Made by a program: the position numbers and the translations under genes
Notes under the pieces: generated by a model
Databases searched by the model: none
The model's input: only the letters and a program-made list of their open reading frames with translations
Told to the model about the DNA's origin: nothing
DNA from: a virus
Direction: 5' to 3' (one strand)
Virus record (IMG/VR): IMGVR_UViG_3300034158_000007
Span: 1 to 64,000 of that record
Length of the DNA: 64,000 bases
Shown: positions 9,162 to 17,650 of the stretch, piece by piece
Layout: the number at the start of each line of letters is the position of its first letter
Numbering within the stretch: position 1 is the stretch's first letter

Positions 9162-10299
9162 CCGGACTAAAAAGCCTGGGGTATTTACATACATTAGTTT
9201 GGGCGATGTTCATTTGGGACATCGCTTAACTCCAGCTGCGCACATCATCCGTAATTTGACCCGATTGATTACGGATGATCTGTTAAAGACATTGGACATG
9301 GTCATCATTACTGGTGATCTGTTTGACCGTCAGCTTCAAAACGGTGATGACGATGTTAACGCGATCAACCGTTGGATCACCAACATGCTTTATAAGTGTG
9401 CAGCCTATGACGTACACCTTTATATAGTCGAAGGGACACCGAGTCATGACCGTAAGCAGTCTCAGTTCTTTGTTGAACAGAAAGCTAACGCCAATATCCC
9501 GGTAGACCTGCACTATGCAAAGGAACTCGAGATCCTGTACAACGAGCGCTTTGACGCTCATTTCCTTTTTATCCCTGACAAATGGAATCCCTCTACCGCT
9601 GTAACTCTGGGTCAAGTAAAAGCCAAGATGAAAGAGCTTGGTATTGAGAAGGTGGACTTCGCTGTAATGCACGGAGCATTCACTTATCAGTTACCGAGTA
9701 TCGTTGAGGAACCAACCCACGATCAGTTTGAATACTTGTGCTTGGTGAAGCATCAAATCCTGATTGGTCACGTACACAACATGACAGTCTATGAGGATAA
9801 GATCTACGCTGCTGGATCGTTTGATCGGATCTGTCACGCTGATGAGATCCCTAAAGGCATGTTCCACTTCACGGTTAATAAGGATGATACCTTTACCGCG
9901 ACCTTTATAGAGAACAGTCACGCTAGGCAGTACGTAACTTGGGACGTGCATGGCATGGATACCAAGGAACTTAACCACGCTATCAAAGAACGCTTGAAGG
10001 GGATAGCTAAAGGGTCGTCTATTCGATTGAGATGTGAACCCGGTGATGTGGCTAATGGAGACATTGATTCCTATCGTCGTGAGTATCAAGCTTACGATTG
10101 GCAGATCACTGTGGAAAAAGCTACTGCCAAGAAGAATACTGTGTTGGACTCTATTCGTAACTTCGACATGTCTGAGTTCGTCCCGTTGACTAAGGACAAC
10201 TTGTTAGAACTATTGATGTATGAGTTGGAGACGGCAGGGCACTCCGAGAGTACAGTGGAACGCTGTGCACGGAGATTTAAAGAACACATTAAGGGTTAA
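9151..10299 (+). CDS. SbcD/Mre11-like metallophosphoesterase nuclease (gp65-like)
   Basis: Motifs DVHLGH, GDLFD, GTPSHD, MHGAF, GHVH, AGSFDR. Confidence 0.9.
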   Translation: MKSDRTKKPGVFTYISLGDVHLGHRLTPAAHIIRNLTRLITDDLLKTLDMVIITGDLFDRQLQNGDDDVNAINRWITNMLYKCAAYDVHLYIVEGTPSHDRKQSQFFVEQKANANIPVDLHYAKELEILYNERFDAHFLFIPDKWNPSTAVTLGQVKAKMKELGIEKVDFAVMHGAFTYQLPSIVEEPTHDQFEYLCLVKHQILIGHVHNMTVYEDKIYAAGSFDRICHADEIPKGMFHFTVNKDDTFTATFIENSHARQYVTWDVHGMDTKELNHAIKERLKGIAKGSSIRLRCEPGDVANGDIDSYRREYQAYDWQITVEKATAKKNTVLDSIRNFDMSEFVPLTKDNLLELLMYELETAGHSESTVERCARRFKEHIKG

Positions 10300-10302
10300 C
10301 GC

Positions 10303-11130
10303 ATGTACCTCGTGGAAAGAGAAGTCGGTAAGATACCCGTTAGTATCGGAACCTCTCTTGCCTTTGAGGGTTACTTGGGGATTCATGAACAAAACCCTAA
10401 GCAACCAATTGACGTTAAATCGGTTAAAGAGATCTGGGTCAACCTTCGAACGTTGGCTCGGAATCTTTGGTCTGCTGTCCCCACCGCAGAAGTAGCGAAC
10501 CTCAACCCAGCTGCGGCTGTGGATGTACTCATGCAGGAGGTTCAAACTATTCCGGTTGCACTGGCACAAGCTGGAGCTAGGGCTAAGGTACGCTACTACA
10601 TTGCAGGTAAGAATGCGATGAAGTGGTTGTTCCCCAAAGCTATCTTCAAAGAAGCCAAGACGCCTAAGCAAATGGCATATGAAGTTTACGAACGCTATTG
10701 CGCTATTGAATTAGCTCAGCGTATGAAAGCCGAAGGTATTGATGTAATGGAGATTGATCGTAAGCCGCCTCCAAGCGATGGTACGGTAGCTCTACTTACA
10801 CACTACCCTCATGAACTCCTGTGGAAGGATAACTTTAATCGACTACTGTTGCTTGAATCCCACACCGGTAAGTTTAAGCCATGGCAGTTATGGTACACAA
10901 AACTGCACAATGTAAAAGAAGACACGCCTATGCCCTTCTCTAAGTTTACCCTTCAGGTATTCGGTGATGGCGTAGATCTAGTAGCTCAACCCCGAGCTAT
11001 TGTTGCACAACTAAGACTGATGGCACAGAACCGTAAGTGGTCTCCTGTCACAGCTGAGTCAAAGGTCTATCATGACATTAATACGCATGGCAGCAAAGAA
11101 CTCAAAGAAGCCTACGCTACGCTGAGATAA
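10303..11130 (+). CDS. Conserved Chimalliviridae protein (gp66-like), possible FEN/PIN-type nuclease fold
   Basis: 275 aa; LLESHTG and QVFGD motifs; the fold call is weak. Confidence 0.6.
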   Translation: MYLVEREVGKIPVSIGTSLAFEGYLGIHEQNPKQPIDVKSVKEIWVNLRTLARNLWSAVPTAEVANLNPAAAVDVLMQEVQTIPVALAQAGARAKVRYYIAGKNAMKWLFPKAIFKEAKTPKQMAYEVYERYCAIELAQRMKAEGIDVMEIDRKPPPSDGTVALLTHYPHELLWKDNFNRLLLLESHTGKFKPWQLWYTKLHNVKEDTPMPFSKFTLQVFGDGVDLVAQPRAIVAQLRLMAQNRKWSPVTAESKVYHDINTHGSKELKEAYATLR

Positions 11131-11184
11131 TACTCGGCTAGCTTATTTAGTGTACATTAAAACTTTCCGATCGGAGTTACACAC

Positions 11185-11931
11185 ATGTCGCAACAGCAAA
11201 ACTTTCCAGCACCAGTTCTGAACATCTTCTCCGTTATGTCCAACTGGATGTTCGCCGATCCAATGGACGGTAGCAAGAAGCGTCCAAGCATCCGTTTTGG
11301 TGTTTATGGTAACGTTCCACGTATTACCGTTAAGACTAACGTTGAAGGTGATATGAACCATGGTAAGATCGACTTCAACATGGACCTTGCAACCTTCGCC
11401 GTTGGTATGGCGTACCTGAACGATCTTGCTGAAGGCAAGCCAGACACCCCAACTGAAATGAAACTCGAGTATCAGGATGACTTCGTAGCCGGTAAGAAAC
11501 TGGATCGCGTGATGACCATCGCTACTTGGGTAATCGGTAAAGCTACCGATGGCCGTATCTACATGGCTGTAATCAGCTCGCAACAATCCCGGCCACGCAT
11601 CCGCTTCTTCTTTGGTCCTACTAAGTACCATAACCTGAAAGCTGGTGATGGTAGTGCATACGGTGCTGATAAGCTGTCCCAAGCTTACGCTCGTGGTATC
11701 GGTCGTTCGGTAGAGCCAATGGTTCTGCAACTCCTGACTGGTAGTGCATTCGATCCTAACGCCAAGAACGTTGCTAACCCAGCGAACTTCAATGGCGGTG
11801 CTGGTGGCGGTGGCGGTCAACAACGTCAAGGTGGCGGTGGTGGCGGTTACAACAATAACCAACAAGCTCCACGCCCTAAACCGGCTGGTGGTGATTCCTT
11901 CGACGCCGAACTTCCAGACTTCGGTTTCTAA
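11185..11931 (+). CDS. chmC: ChmC-like nucleus-associated nucleic-acid-binding protein (phiKZ gp67 / PhiPA3 gp61 position)
   Basis: Immediately upstream of the gp68 homolog; beta-rich core plus a Gly/Gln/Asn-rich disordered tail, as described for ChmC. Confidence 0.75.
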   Translation: MSQQQNFPAPVLNIFSVMSNWMFADPMDGSKKRPSIRFGVYGNVPRITVKTNVEGDMNHGKIDFNMDLATFAVGMAYLNDLAEGKPDTPTEMKLEYQDDFVAGKKLDRVMTIATWVIGKATDGRIYMAVISSQQSRPRIRFFFGPTKYHNLKAGDGSAYGADKLSQAYARGIGRSVEPMVLQLLTGSAFDPNAKNVANPANFNGGAGGGGGQQRQGGGGGGYNNNQQAPRPKPAGGDSFDAELPDFGF

Positions 11932-11945
11932 TACCCTTTCCTAAC

Positions 11946-11977
11946 TACGGTCATTGCGAGCAATCGTAATGGCTGTA
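11946..11977 (+). other. 14-bp RNA hairpin with a GCAA tetraloop and no U-tract
   Basis: TACGGTCATTGCGA-GCAA-TCGTAATGGCTGTA with three G-U pairs. Confidence 0.7.
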
Positions 11978-12012
11978 TGCCCTCTTGCTCAGTTCAGAGC
12001 CCAATAGAAATT

Positions 12013-12040
12013 ATTTCAAGTTTATATCATTCAAGTGATG
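12013..12040 (+). promoter_or_regulatory. Early-type promoter variant upstream of the gp68 homolog
   Basis: ATTTCAAGTT-TATATCAT-TCAA-GTGATG. Confidence 0.6.
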
Positions 12041-12060
12041 CACATAGAAGAGGTTCACGC

Positions 12061-13641
12061 ATGAAGTTCAGGGTCAGTAATGTCCAAGGTAGTGGTTTTA
12101 CAGAAGTTGCCGTTACGCATGGTGATGTAGAGCTAACTTGGTCTGCACGTGCTTACAGCAAAGTGAAATTGGCAGATCCTAATCGGGTCTTTAAGGAACT
12201 TAACGAATACCTCGAACAAGTGGATGAAGCTACTCATACCAGAATGTTCCAGTCCTACGAGGAGGTTCATAAGCTGTATCGATTGGGTTATGATCCATCG
12301 ATGATTGTAGCGTCTCTGGTGCACCACATCGGTGAGATCAACAAGCACCTGCCTATGGGTAAGCTGCGTCGTTGGTTGATGACTATTGGTAACCTGCATA
12401 TCCCTGCGGACGTGCAAGAGAGCATCACTCAGGACTCCCGCTATAACAAGCGTGAGCAGACTTACCTCAAAGCGGATTACATCAACATCGCAACTGAAGC
12501 ACTAGCTGCTCAAGCGTTGATCCCGATTTGGAGTGAGTACATGGATCAGTGTACGGACCAGGAACTCTATAAAGAGAACCACGTCGTAGGCTTGGTCAAT
12601 GAAACTGAGATGGCCAACTGGCCGATGGGTGAAACGGATCTGATGGGTGAAGAGATCCAAACGGTATTCGATAAGCTTGCAAGCTATATCAAGTACTGCG
12701 TGGATGGTGAACCTTTGAGCTTGGCTCGTGGGTTTGCGGGTATGAGTTCTACCGACGTGCGAGTGCTATTGCAGTCGAAGGTCTTGGTACGTCGTCTACC
12801 ATTGATCCCTCTGAATGATCCAACCAGCCACTCCATCGTAGCTAACATCTTCCGTTACGTGACTACCAACATGAATCCCCCAGAGCGTAGCACTGCGGAT
12901 CGAGTTGCGAAGAAACTACCAGAAGGTGGCGGTGGTGATGACGAGGATAAAACATCGTTCATCGAGTCTCACAAGACTAAAGGTCGCATCAGTCCAGGTG
13001 ACATCGAAGCGTTCAACGTGGATGCCATGGACTTCGAGTTGTTGGCTGAAGAAGTAGATCCAACCATCTGCAAAGAAAAACTGCGGCAGTGTATTAGCTG
13101 TGTACAACAGGTAGCAAGTCTTGAGATCCGTCCACACCAAATCCTGATTGCACAATGGGTAATGGCTAAGGCGTTTCCAGCACGAGCGTTCTATCACGTA
13201 TCTAAGTTGCCGGTGAACTATCTGTTGGCGACCAGTCAAGCGTTGCTATGGCACTGGGGTTTCAAAGACGTAGCCATCCTGATGCAGGTTGAGCCACTAC
13301 GTCACGGCGAACATAACTCGACTAACCAGTTGAGCCAAACTCGTCAAGGTTCGCGTATCGCAAATCGGTTCCGTCCACAGCTGGATGAACTGTATCCAAA
13401 CATGAAGCTTCAGAAGACTCCGCAAAACGGATCTGAGACACCTAAGCCTGAGAACATGGCCGGTCTAGCTATTAATAGCTGTAACCAATCCGTTCGCAGT
13501 TCTAACTGGGTGTATCACGGTCCAGATGCATTGTACGTTGAAGCCAATCAGACGATGCATAACCGCGTCCTTATGGTTCCTCAGACGATCAAGCATACGT
13601 TGACTGAAGTTGTAATCCATCTAGCTCAGATTAATCAGTAA
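12061..13641 (+). CDS. nvRNAP promoter-specificity (sigma-like) subunit (phiKZ gp68 homolog)
   Basis: About 526 aa from ATG 12061 with GAGG SD; lies between the ChmC and PicA homologs. Confidence 0.8.
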   Translation: MKFRVSNVQGSGFTEVAVTHGDVELTWSARAYSKVKLADPNRVFKELNEYLEQVDEATHTRMFQSYEEVHKLYRLGYDPSMIVASLVHHIGEINKHLPMGKLRRWLMTIGNLHIPADVQESITQDSRYNKREQTYLKADYINIATEALAAQALIPIWSEYMDQCTDQELYKENHVVGLVNETEMANWPMGETDLMGEEIQTVFDKLASYIKYCVDGEPLSLARGFAGMSSTDVRVLLQSKVLVRRLPLIPLNDPTSHSIVANIFRYVTTNMNPPERSTADRVAKKLPEGGGGDDEDKTSFIESHKTKGRISPGDIEAFNVDAMDFELLAEEVDPTICKEKLRQCISCVQQVASLEIRPHQILIAQWVMAKAFPARAFYHVSKLPVNYLLATSQALLWHWGFKDVAILMQVEPLRHGEHNSTNQLSQTRQGSRIANRFRPQLDELYPNMKLQKTPQNGSETPKPENMAGLAINSCNQSVRSSNWVYHGPDALYVEANQTMHNRVLMVPQTIKHTLTEVVIHLAQINQ

Positions 13642-13651
13642 GAGGTTCCAC

Positions 13652-15334
13652 ATGCACAATTTCAACATGGGCGTTCAAGCAGGTATGGCTGGTAACTCCA
13701 AGATTCGTTTCGGCGAGTATGGCTTCCTTGGTGTCCAGACCGGTACTTATCAGGCGCAGTATCTGCGACCGTTTAAAAGTAACACTAGCCAACCTGTTGT
13801 AGATCAACTGCGTGAAGCTACCAACGGTGGCCTGAACTTGGGTGTCGGTGCTGTGCAAGAATTGGCTGCGGACGTAATCACCCCACAGGCAATGGTAGAA
13901 GGGGAAGTAATGATCCCTGAGAACTTTAACTCCCGTCGCTTTCGCATCATGGCACGTGTCTTCGAAGAGCATCCATTCATTCGTGGTACCACCACGCAAC
14001 GAGTCTTCTTCGGTTATTCGGATCACTGTGATGTAACACTGGCATCGGGCCTGATCGATCCGAACATGCGGATCTACTTCAACTCGGAAACCATCATCAC
14101 TGAGTCGATCATCAATACGCCATCTGGTCCACAGTCCCAGGCTAAGATCATCGGTTCTAACCAAATCATCTCCCCGGTGAATATGGTTGGTGGTAACAAT
14201 GGCATGTTCGCTAAGCCATCCAGCTTCTTGATCCGTCCAGAAGATAACTTCAACCTGATGCAGACCAAGGCAGTTGCCAAGAATCTGCGTGACACAGGTC
14301 TGGTCGATGTTCATATCGATTCGTCGTACGATACTCGTTCGATGGTTGGTGAAGGTGGTAGCTTCAAGTATTCGATGCGTAAGGATACTTCTCCGGTTCG
14401 TTATCTGTCGAGTTCCTTGAACGCATATCAACATGCGCGTAAAGAATACAACTCGTCGATGCATGACACCGATGACATCCTGTTCAACCGTGGTACGGAT
14501 TCTGCTGAAGTGCTCTTTGGTGAAGCGGCCTCCATGTGTCGTAACAGTTCTATCACCAGCAACACTTTCCTCGGTGTACTGCGTGAACACACTGGCTTCA
14601 TGGAACGTGGTTACGTTACTTGGGGTGAACTGTCGGGTCTGTTCCCAGAACTGTTGAACTCGCAGTGTGCTAAGTTTGCAATGGACGATGGCCAAGCAAT
14701 CCGTAAAGTGTCTCAAGCTCACCAGTCTCAAAACTGGAACGGTGCAGACTACACTTCCATCGGTGCTTCGCTGTTGGCTCAAACTATTCCATCGATCATG
14801 ATGGATACGTTCTTCCGTCAAGTATCCTTCGCGGTAACTAACGGTAACGGTCCTAACGAATACCTGTTCGAGATCCACCCAGGTGCAACTGCCAGTATCA
14901 TTAAAGGTATTGACATGCGCCCTTACGTGATGGAATTGGAACGTCGAATTAAAGTGGACGTGCTCAACAACATCACCCGTGGTAACCAACTCCCATTCCG
15001 TATCTCGATGATCTCGGACTTGGCTGGTGAATCTGTAATCGATATCTCTATCGGTGCAGAGCAGCCAGAACGTTTCGTTGCTCCAACGTTTGCGGATAGT
15101 TTGTTCTCTCCGGTCATCACACGTAACCATCAGCTGTCTGGTGAGATCGCTAACGACATCACTTGGCTTGTTAAGCAGGTTATCGATGGTGAATCTGCTG
15201 CAATGCCACAACAGCAAGCTCAACAAGTTTACACTGGTTACCAACACCCTATAGCACCAGCTGCACAATTCAATCCACAAGCATTCAATCACACCGGAGC
15301 TGCGAACAATGTCGCCAATCTTGGACTGCTATAA
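13652..15334 (+). CDS. picA: PicA/Imp1 phage-nucleus protein import factor (phiKZ gp69 homolog)
   Basis: 560 aa directly after the gp68 homolog; QYLRPF, RRFRIM, LIRPED and PTFADSLFSPV motifs. Confidence 0.8.
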   Translation: MHNFNMGVQAGMAGNSKIRFGEYGFLGVQTGTYQAQYLRPFKSNTSQPVVDQLREATNGGLNLGVGAVQELAADVITPQAMVEGEVMIPENFNSRRFRIMARVFEEHPFIRGTTTQRVFFGYSDHCDVTLASGLIDPNMRIYFNSETIITESIINTPSGPQSQAKIIGSNQIISPVNMVGGNNGMFAKPSSFLIRPEDNFNLMQTKAVAKNLRDTGLVDVHIDSSYDTRSMVGEGGSFKYSMRKDTSPVRYLSSSLNAYQHARKEYNSSMHDTDDILFNRGTDSAEVLFGEAASMCRNSSITSNTFLGVLREHTGFMERGYVTWGELSGLFPELLNSQCAKFAMDDGQAIRKVSQAHQSQNWNGADYTSIGASLLAQTIPSIMMDTFFRQVSFAVTNGNGPNEYLFEIHPGATASIIKGIDMRPYVMELERRIKVDVLNNITRGNQLPFRISMISDLAGESVIDISIGAEQPERFVAPTFADSLFSPVITRNHQLSGEIANDITWLVKQVIDGESAAMPQQQAQQVYTGYQHPIAPAAQFNPQAFNHTGAANNVANLGLL

Positions 15335-16661
15335 CTCTATCCTCACTGCCTTCTCTCTGGCAGCCGATGATGAAGGTCTGATCTCTCAGGTTCATCCAAC
15401 CGGTACTCTGGTACCACTGAAAGTTGAGGGGCGCCGGTTGGTGCTCCCAACCAAAGCATGGCAACGTAAAGGCTATGGTGAAGACTATCTGCCTTTCCAC
15501 CCAAGCTGTGAAGTGATGTCCCGTGAAGGTACGTCGCCTGTAATGCAAATGCTCCAGCGTCAAGCCAAAGCTGTATTGGCCCATGCGCTGGTATCAATGG
15601 GTGGTAGTCTGTTGGCCGTAGCCGTAGACAAAGAAACCCACAAGGATCTTCCACTGGAATGCAGTGCGTTCCTGAAGAAGCTCTCCAATGCCGATAAGAA
15701 CACCAAAGAACTCTTCGATAAACTGATCGGTGCTGCGGTTAAGAAGAACCGTCTGCTGACTGTGTATCTGAAGAACGGTGGTACTTATGAAGGTAAGAAG
15801 GTTAACCGTTCGGCGATCATTCGATTCCCGATTCTGGAAGACCTGCTCTCCGACGCCAAAGATCCGCTGGGTGTTGTGATTCCGAAGAAGCAACGTCCTA
15901 CTCTGGTAGCGTTGTTCCAACTGCTAGTTCCTAATGGCGATAAGGCTGAGGAATATAGCTTCGGTACTACCGCACGTGTGGCTCCATATCTGCTGTCGTT
16001 GCTGAACGCTTATCACAAGACTGCATCCGTGATGAACGTATTGATCGAGCAGTATGCAGATAAACTGCACATCCCGGTCAAAGCTATTGATCTTTACGAG
16101 ATGAGTGTCATCGAAACGATCACCAAGCACTTTAGCGATATCCCACCTTACTCCGGTAACGAGGGTGCAACCAATGAGCAACCTGCTGAAGCACATGAAA
16201 CTGTGGCCGTGGCTAAGAAAGCTGCTGCTAAAGTAAATGCTGCTCCTGTAGCTAAAGTTGTTCAGGCTAGTCGTGATGGTAAGTCGGCTACGTTGGCACC
16301 GGTAGAGACCACTGTAACAACTGGTCGTCCAGCTGCATCCATGGCTGACTTCATGAACGCTACTGCACCACAACCTGCTCAAGTAGGTTTCGGTCAACAG
16401 CCGCCTCAACAGTTGAACACTGGTTTCACGCCGGTGACTTTCAACCAGCCACAGCAACCAGCCTATGCGCCGGTTAGCTTTGCACCACCTGCACCACAGT
16501 ACGGTTTCGCTACACCATCGAGTCCATACTCGCCTGCTCCGGTAGGCTTGCCAACTTGGATGGGTGGTCAACCTACTCACAACCCAGTTCCACAGAACCC
16601 CTTCATGCGTGCAACACCAAGCAGTATCGCACAGGGTAATGGTTCCACTGGTCTGATCTAA
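15309..16661 (+). CDS. Conserved Chimalliviridae protein (gp70-like) with a P/Q/A-rich C-terminal tail
   Basis: 450 aa; overlaps picA by 26 nt; FHPSCE and YLKNGG motifs. Confidence 0.75.
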   Translation: MSPILDCYNSILTAFSLAADDEGLISQVHPTGTLVPLKVEGRRLVLPTKAWQRKGYGEDYLPFHPSCEVMSREGTSPVMQMLQRQAKAVLAHALVSMGGSLLAVAVDKETHKDLPLECSAFLKKLSNADKNTKELFDKLIGAAVKKNRLLTVYLKNGGTYEGKKVNRSAIIRFPILEDLLSDAKDPLGVVIPKKQRPTLVALFQLLVPNGDKAEEYSFGTTARVAPYLLSLLNAYHKTASVMNVLIEQYADKLHIPVKAIDLYEMSVIETITKHFSDIPPYSGNEGATNEQPAEAHETVAVAKKAAAKVNAAPVAKVVQASRDGKSATLAPVETTVTTGRPAASMADFMNATAPQPAQVGFGQQPPQQLNTGFTPVTFNQPQQPAYAPVSFAPPAPQYGFATPSSPYSPAPVGLPTWMGGQPTHNPVPQNPFMRATPSSIAQGNGSTGLI

Positions 16662-16672
16662 GACGGCATAAG

Positions 16673-16710
16673 CTGGGGTCTTCGGACCCCAGTCTATTCC
16701 TTCATTTTTT
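16673..16710 (+). terminator. Intrinsic terminator
   Basis: CTGGGGTC-TTCG-GACCCCAG then a pyrimidine/T tract. Confidence 0.75.
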
Positions 16711-16722
16711 CTAGAGGCGCAT

Positions 16723-16989
16723 ATGTCCCATCCAAACAATCTAAGCGTAGACTATCCATGCGCAGGTGATACATGGCGCAACGCCGAAGATCAAAACTGC
16801 TTAACGGTTACAGGTGTTACGCCGTCTGGTGTTATCTACTACATGAAAGGTTTGAACTTTGGTAGCGTGAAGAAGCACACCGCTTCACTGGGTGCATTTC
16901 AAGAAGAACTGAAGCGTTACGGTTTGGGGATTCCCCATTATGCCACCGATGAATACATCAAGACCTATGGCGCGTTCAACCTTGCTTAA
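16723..16989 (+). CDS. Small hypothetical protein
   Basis: GAGG SD; 88 aa; convergent 14-nt overlap with the next gene. Confidence 0.6.
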   Translation: MSHPNNLSVDYPCAGDTWRNAEDQNCLTVTGVTPSGVIYYMKGLNFGSVKKHTASLGAFQEELKRYGLGIPHYATDEYIKTYGAFNLA

Positions 16990-17341
16990 GGGTGATGTAG
17001 TACTGCTGTAGCTCTGCGATAGCTTCAGGGTGTGGCTCGATATAGAACTCTGGTACACCGGTGCTGTAGGGGTCTCTCAGAGTCTTACCGAACTGGTTTG
17101 GATTGGTCATGCCATTAACTCTGGTCATTACCCAACACATCTCCAGACCATAGCCTTCATCTAAAAGGAAACCGCTAAAGTCACCTTCATATTGGTAGAC
17201 CTGTTCCGGTCGCAACGGTTTACGAACAGCGTACATAGTTTTGAGTTGAGGTAGATGTATTTCAATGAGGTGACGAAAGTCTTCTTCATAGAACATGTCT
17301 GGACCGGGTTGTTCCATTTGTTGCACGATTGTAAATGCCAT
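16976..17341 (-). CDS. Conserved hypothetical protein, possible LysM-fold baseplate wedge (T4 gp53-like)
   Basis: 121 aa; WVMTRVNGMTNP resembles the gp53-family W-x-I-x-x-x-N-x-I-x-(D/N)P pattern; GGTGA SD and TATG upstream on the minus strand. Confidence 0.55.
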   Translation of the reverse strand: MAFTIVQQMEQPGPDMFYEEDFRHLIEIHLPQLKTMYAVRKPLRPEQVYQYEGDFSGFLLDEGYGLEMCWVMTRVNGMTNPNQFGKTLRDPYSTGVPEFYIEPHPEAIAELQQYYITLKQG

Positions 17342-17361
17342 TCGGATTCACCATAGATTTT

Positions 17362-17389
17362 ATTTCAGATTTATATTACTGCTGTATAC
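17362..17389 (+). promoter_or_regulatory. phiKZ-type early promoter upstream of the nvRNAP beta/beta-prime operon
   Basis: ATTTCAGATT-TATATTAC at 17362-17379. Confidence 0.75.
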
Positions 17390-17404
17390 AATTGGAGGTG
17401 ACCT

Positions 17405-17650
17405 ATGCAAGTTGTTGTACCTACAATGGAGGCGTGGTTGTTATACGAACAGAAAGCCGAAGGGCGTCGTGAACCGATCACATTGGACCGTGTTCTCCGT
17501 GAAGAATTACCTGAGGGTAAAATGTATGTAGAGGAAGGAAGCAGTACACTTTGGCATCGGGACGTTCAACAGAATGGTCCGACGTCAGTAGCTTATGCCG
17601 TTTACAATGCAGTAATGTCTGATTTTGAGGAAGCCATATGTTCGAGATGA
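17405..17650 (+). CDS. Small hypothetical protein
   Basis: GGAGGTG SD; 81 aa; overlaps the start of RNAP beta. Confidence 0.75.
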   Translation: MQVVVPTMEAWLLYEQKAEGRREPITLDRVLREELPEGKMYVEEGSSTLWHRDVQQNGPTSVAYAVYNAVMSDFEEAICSR

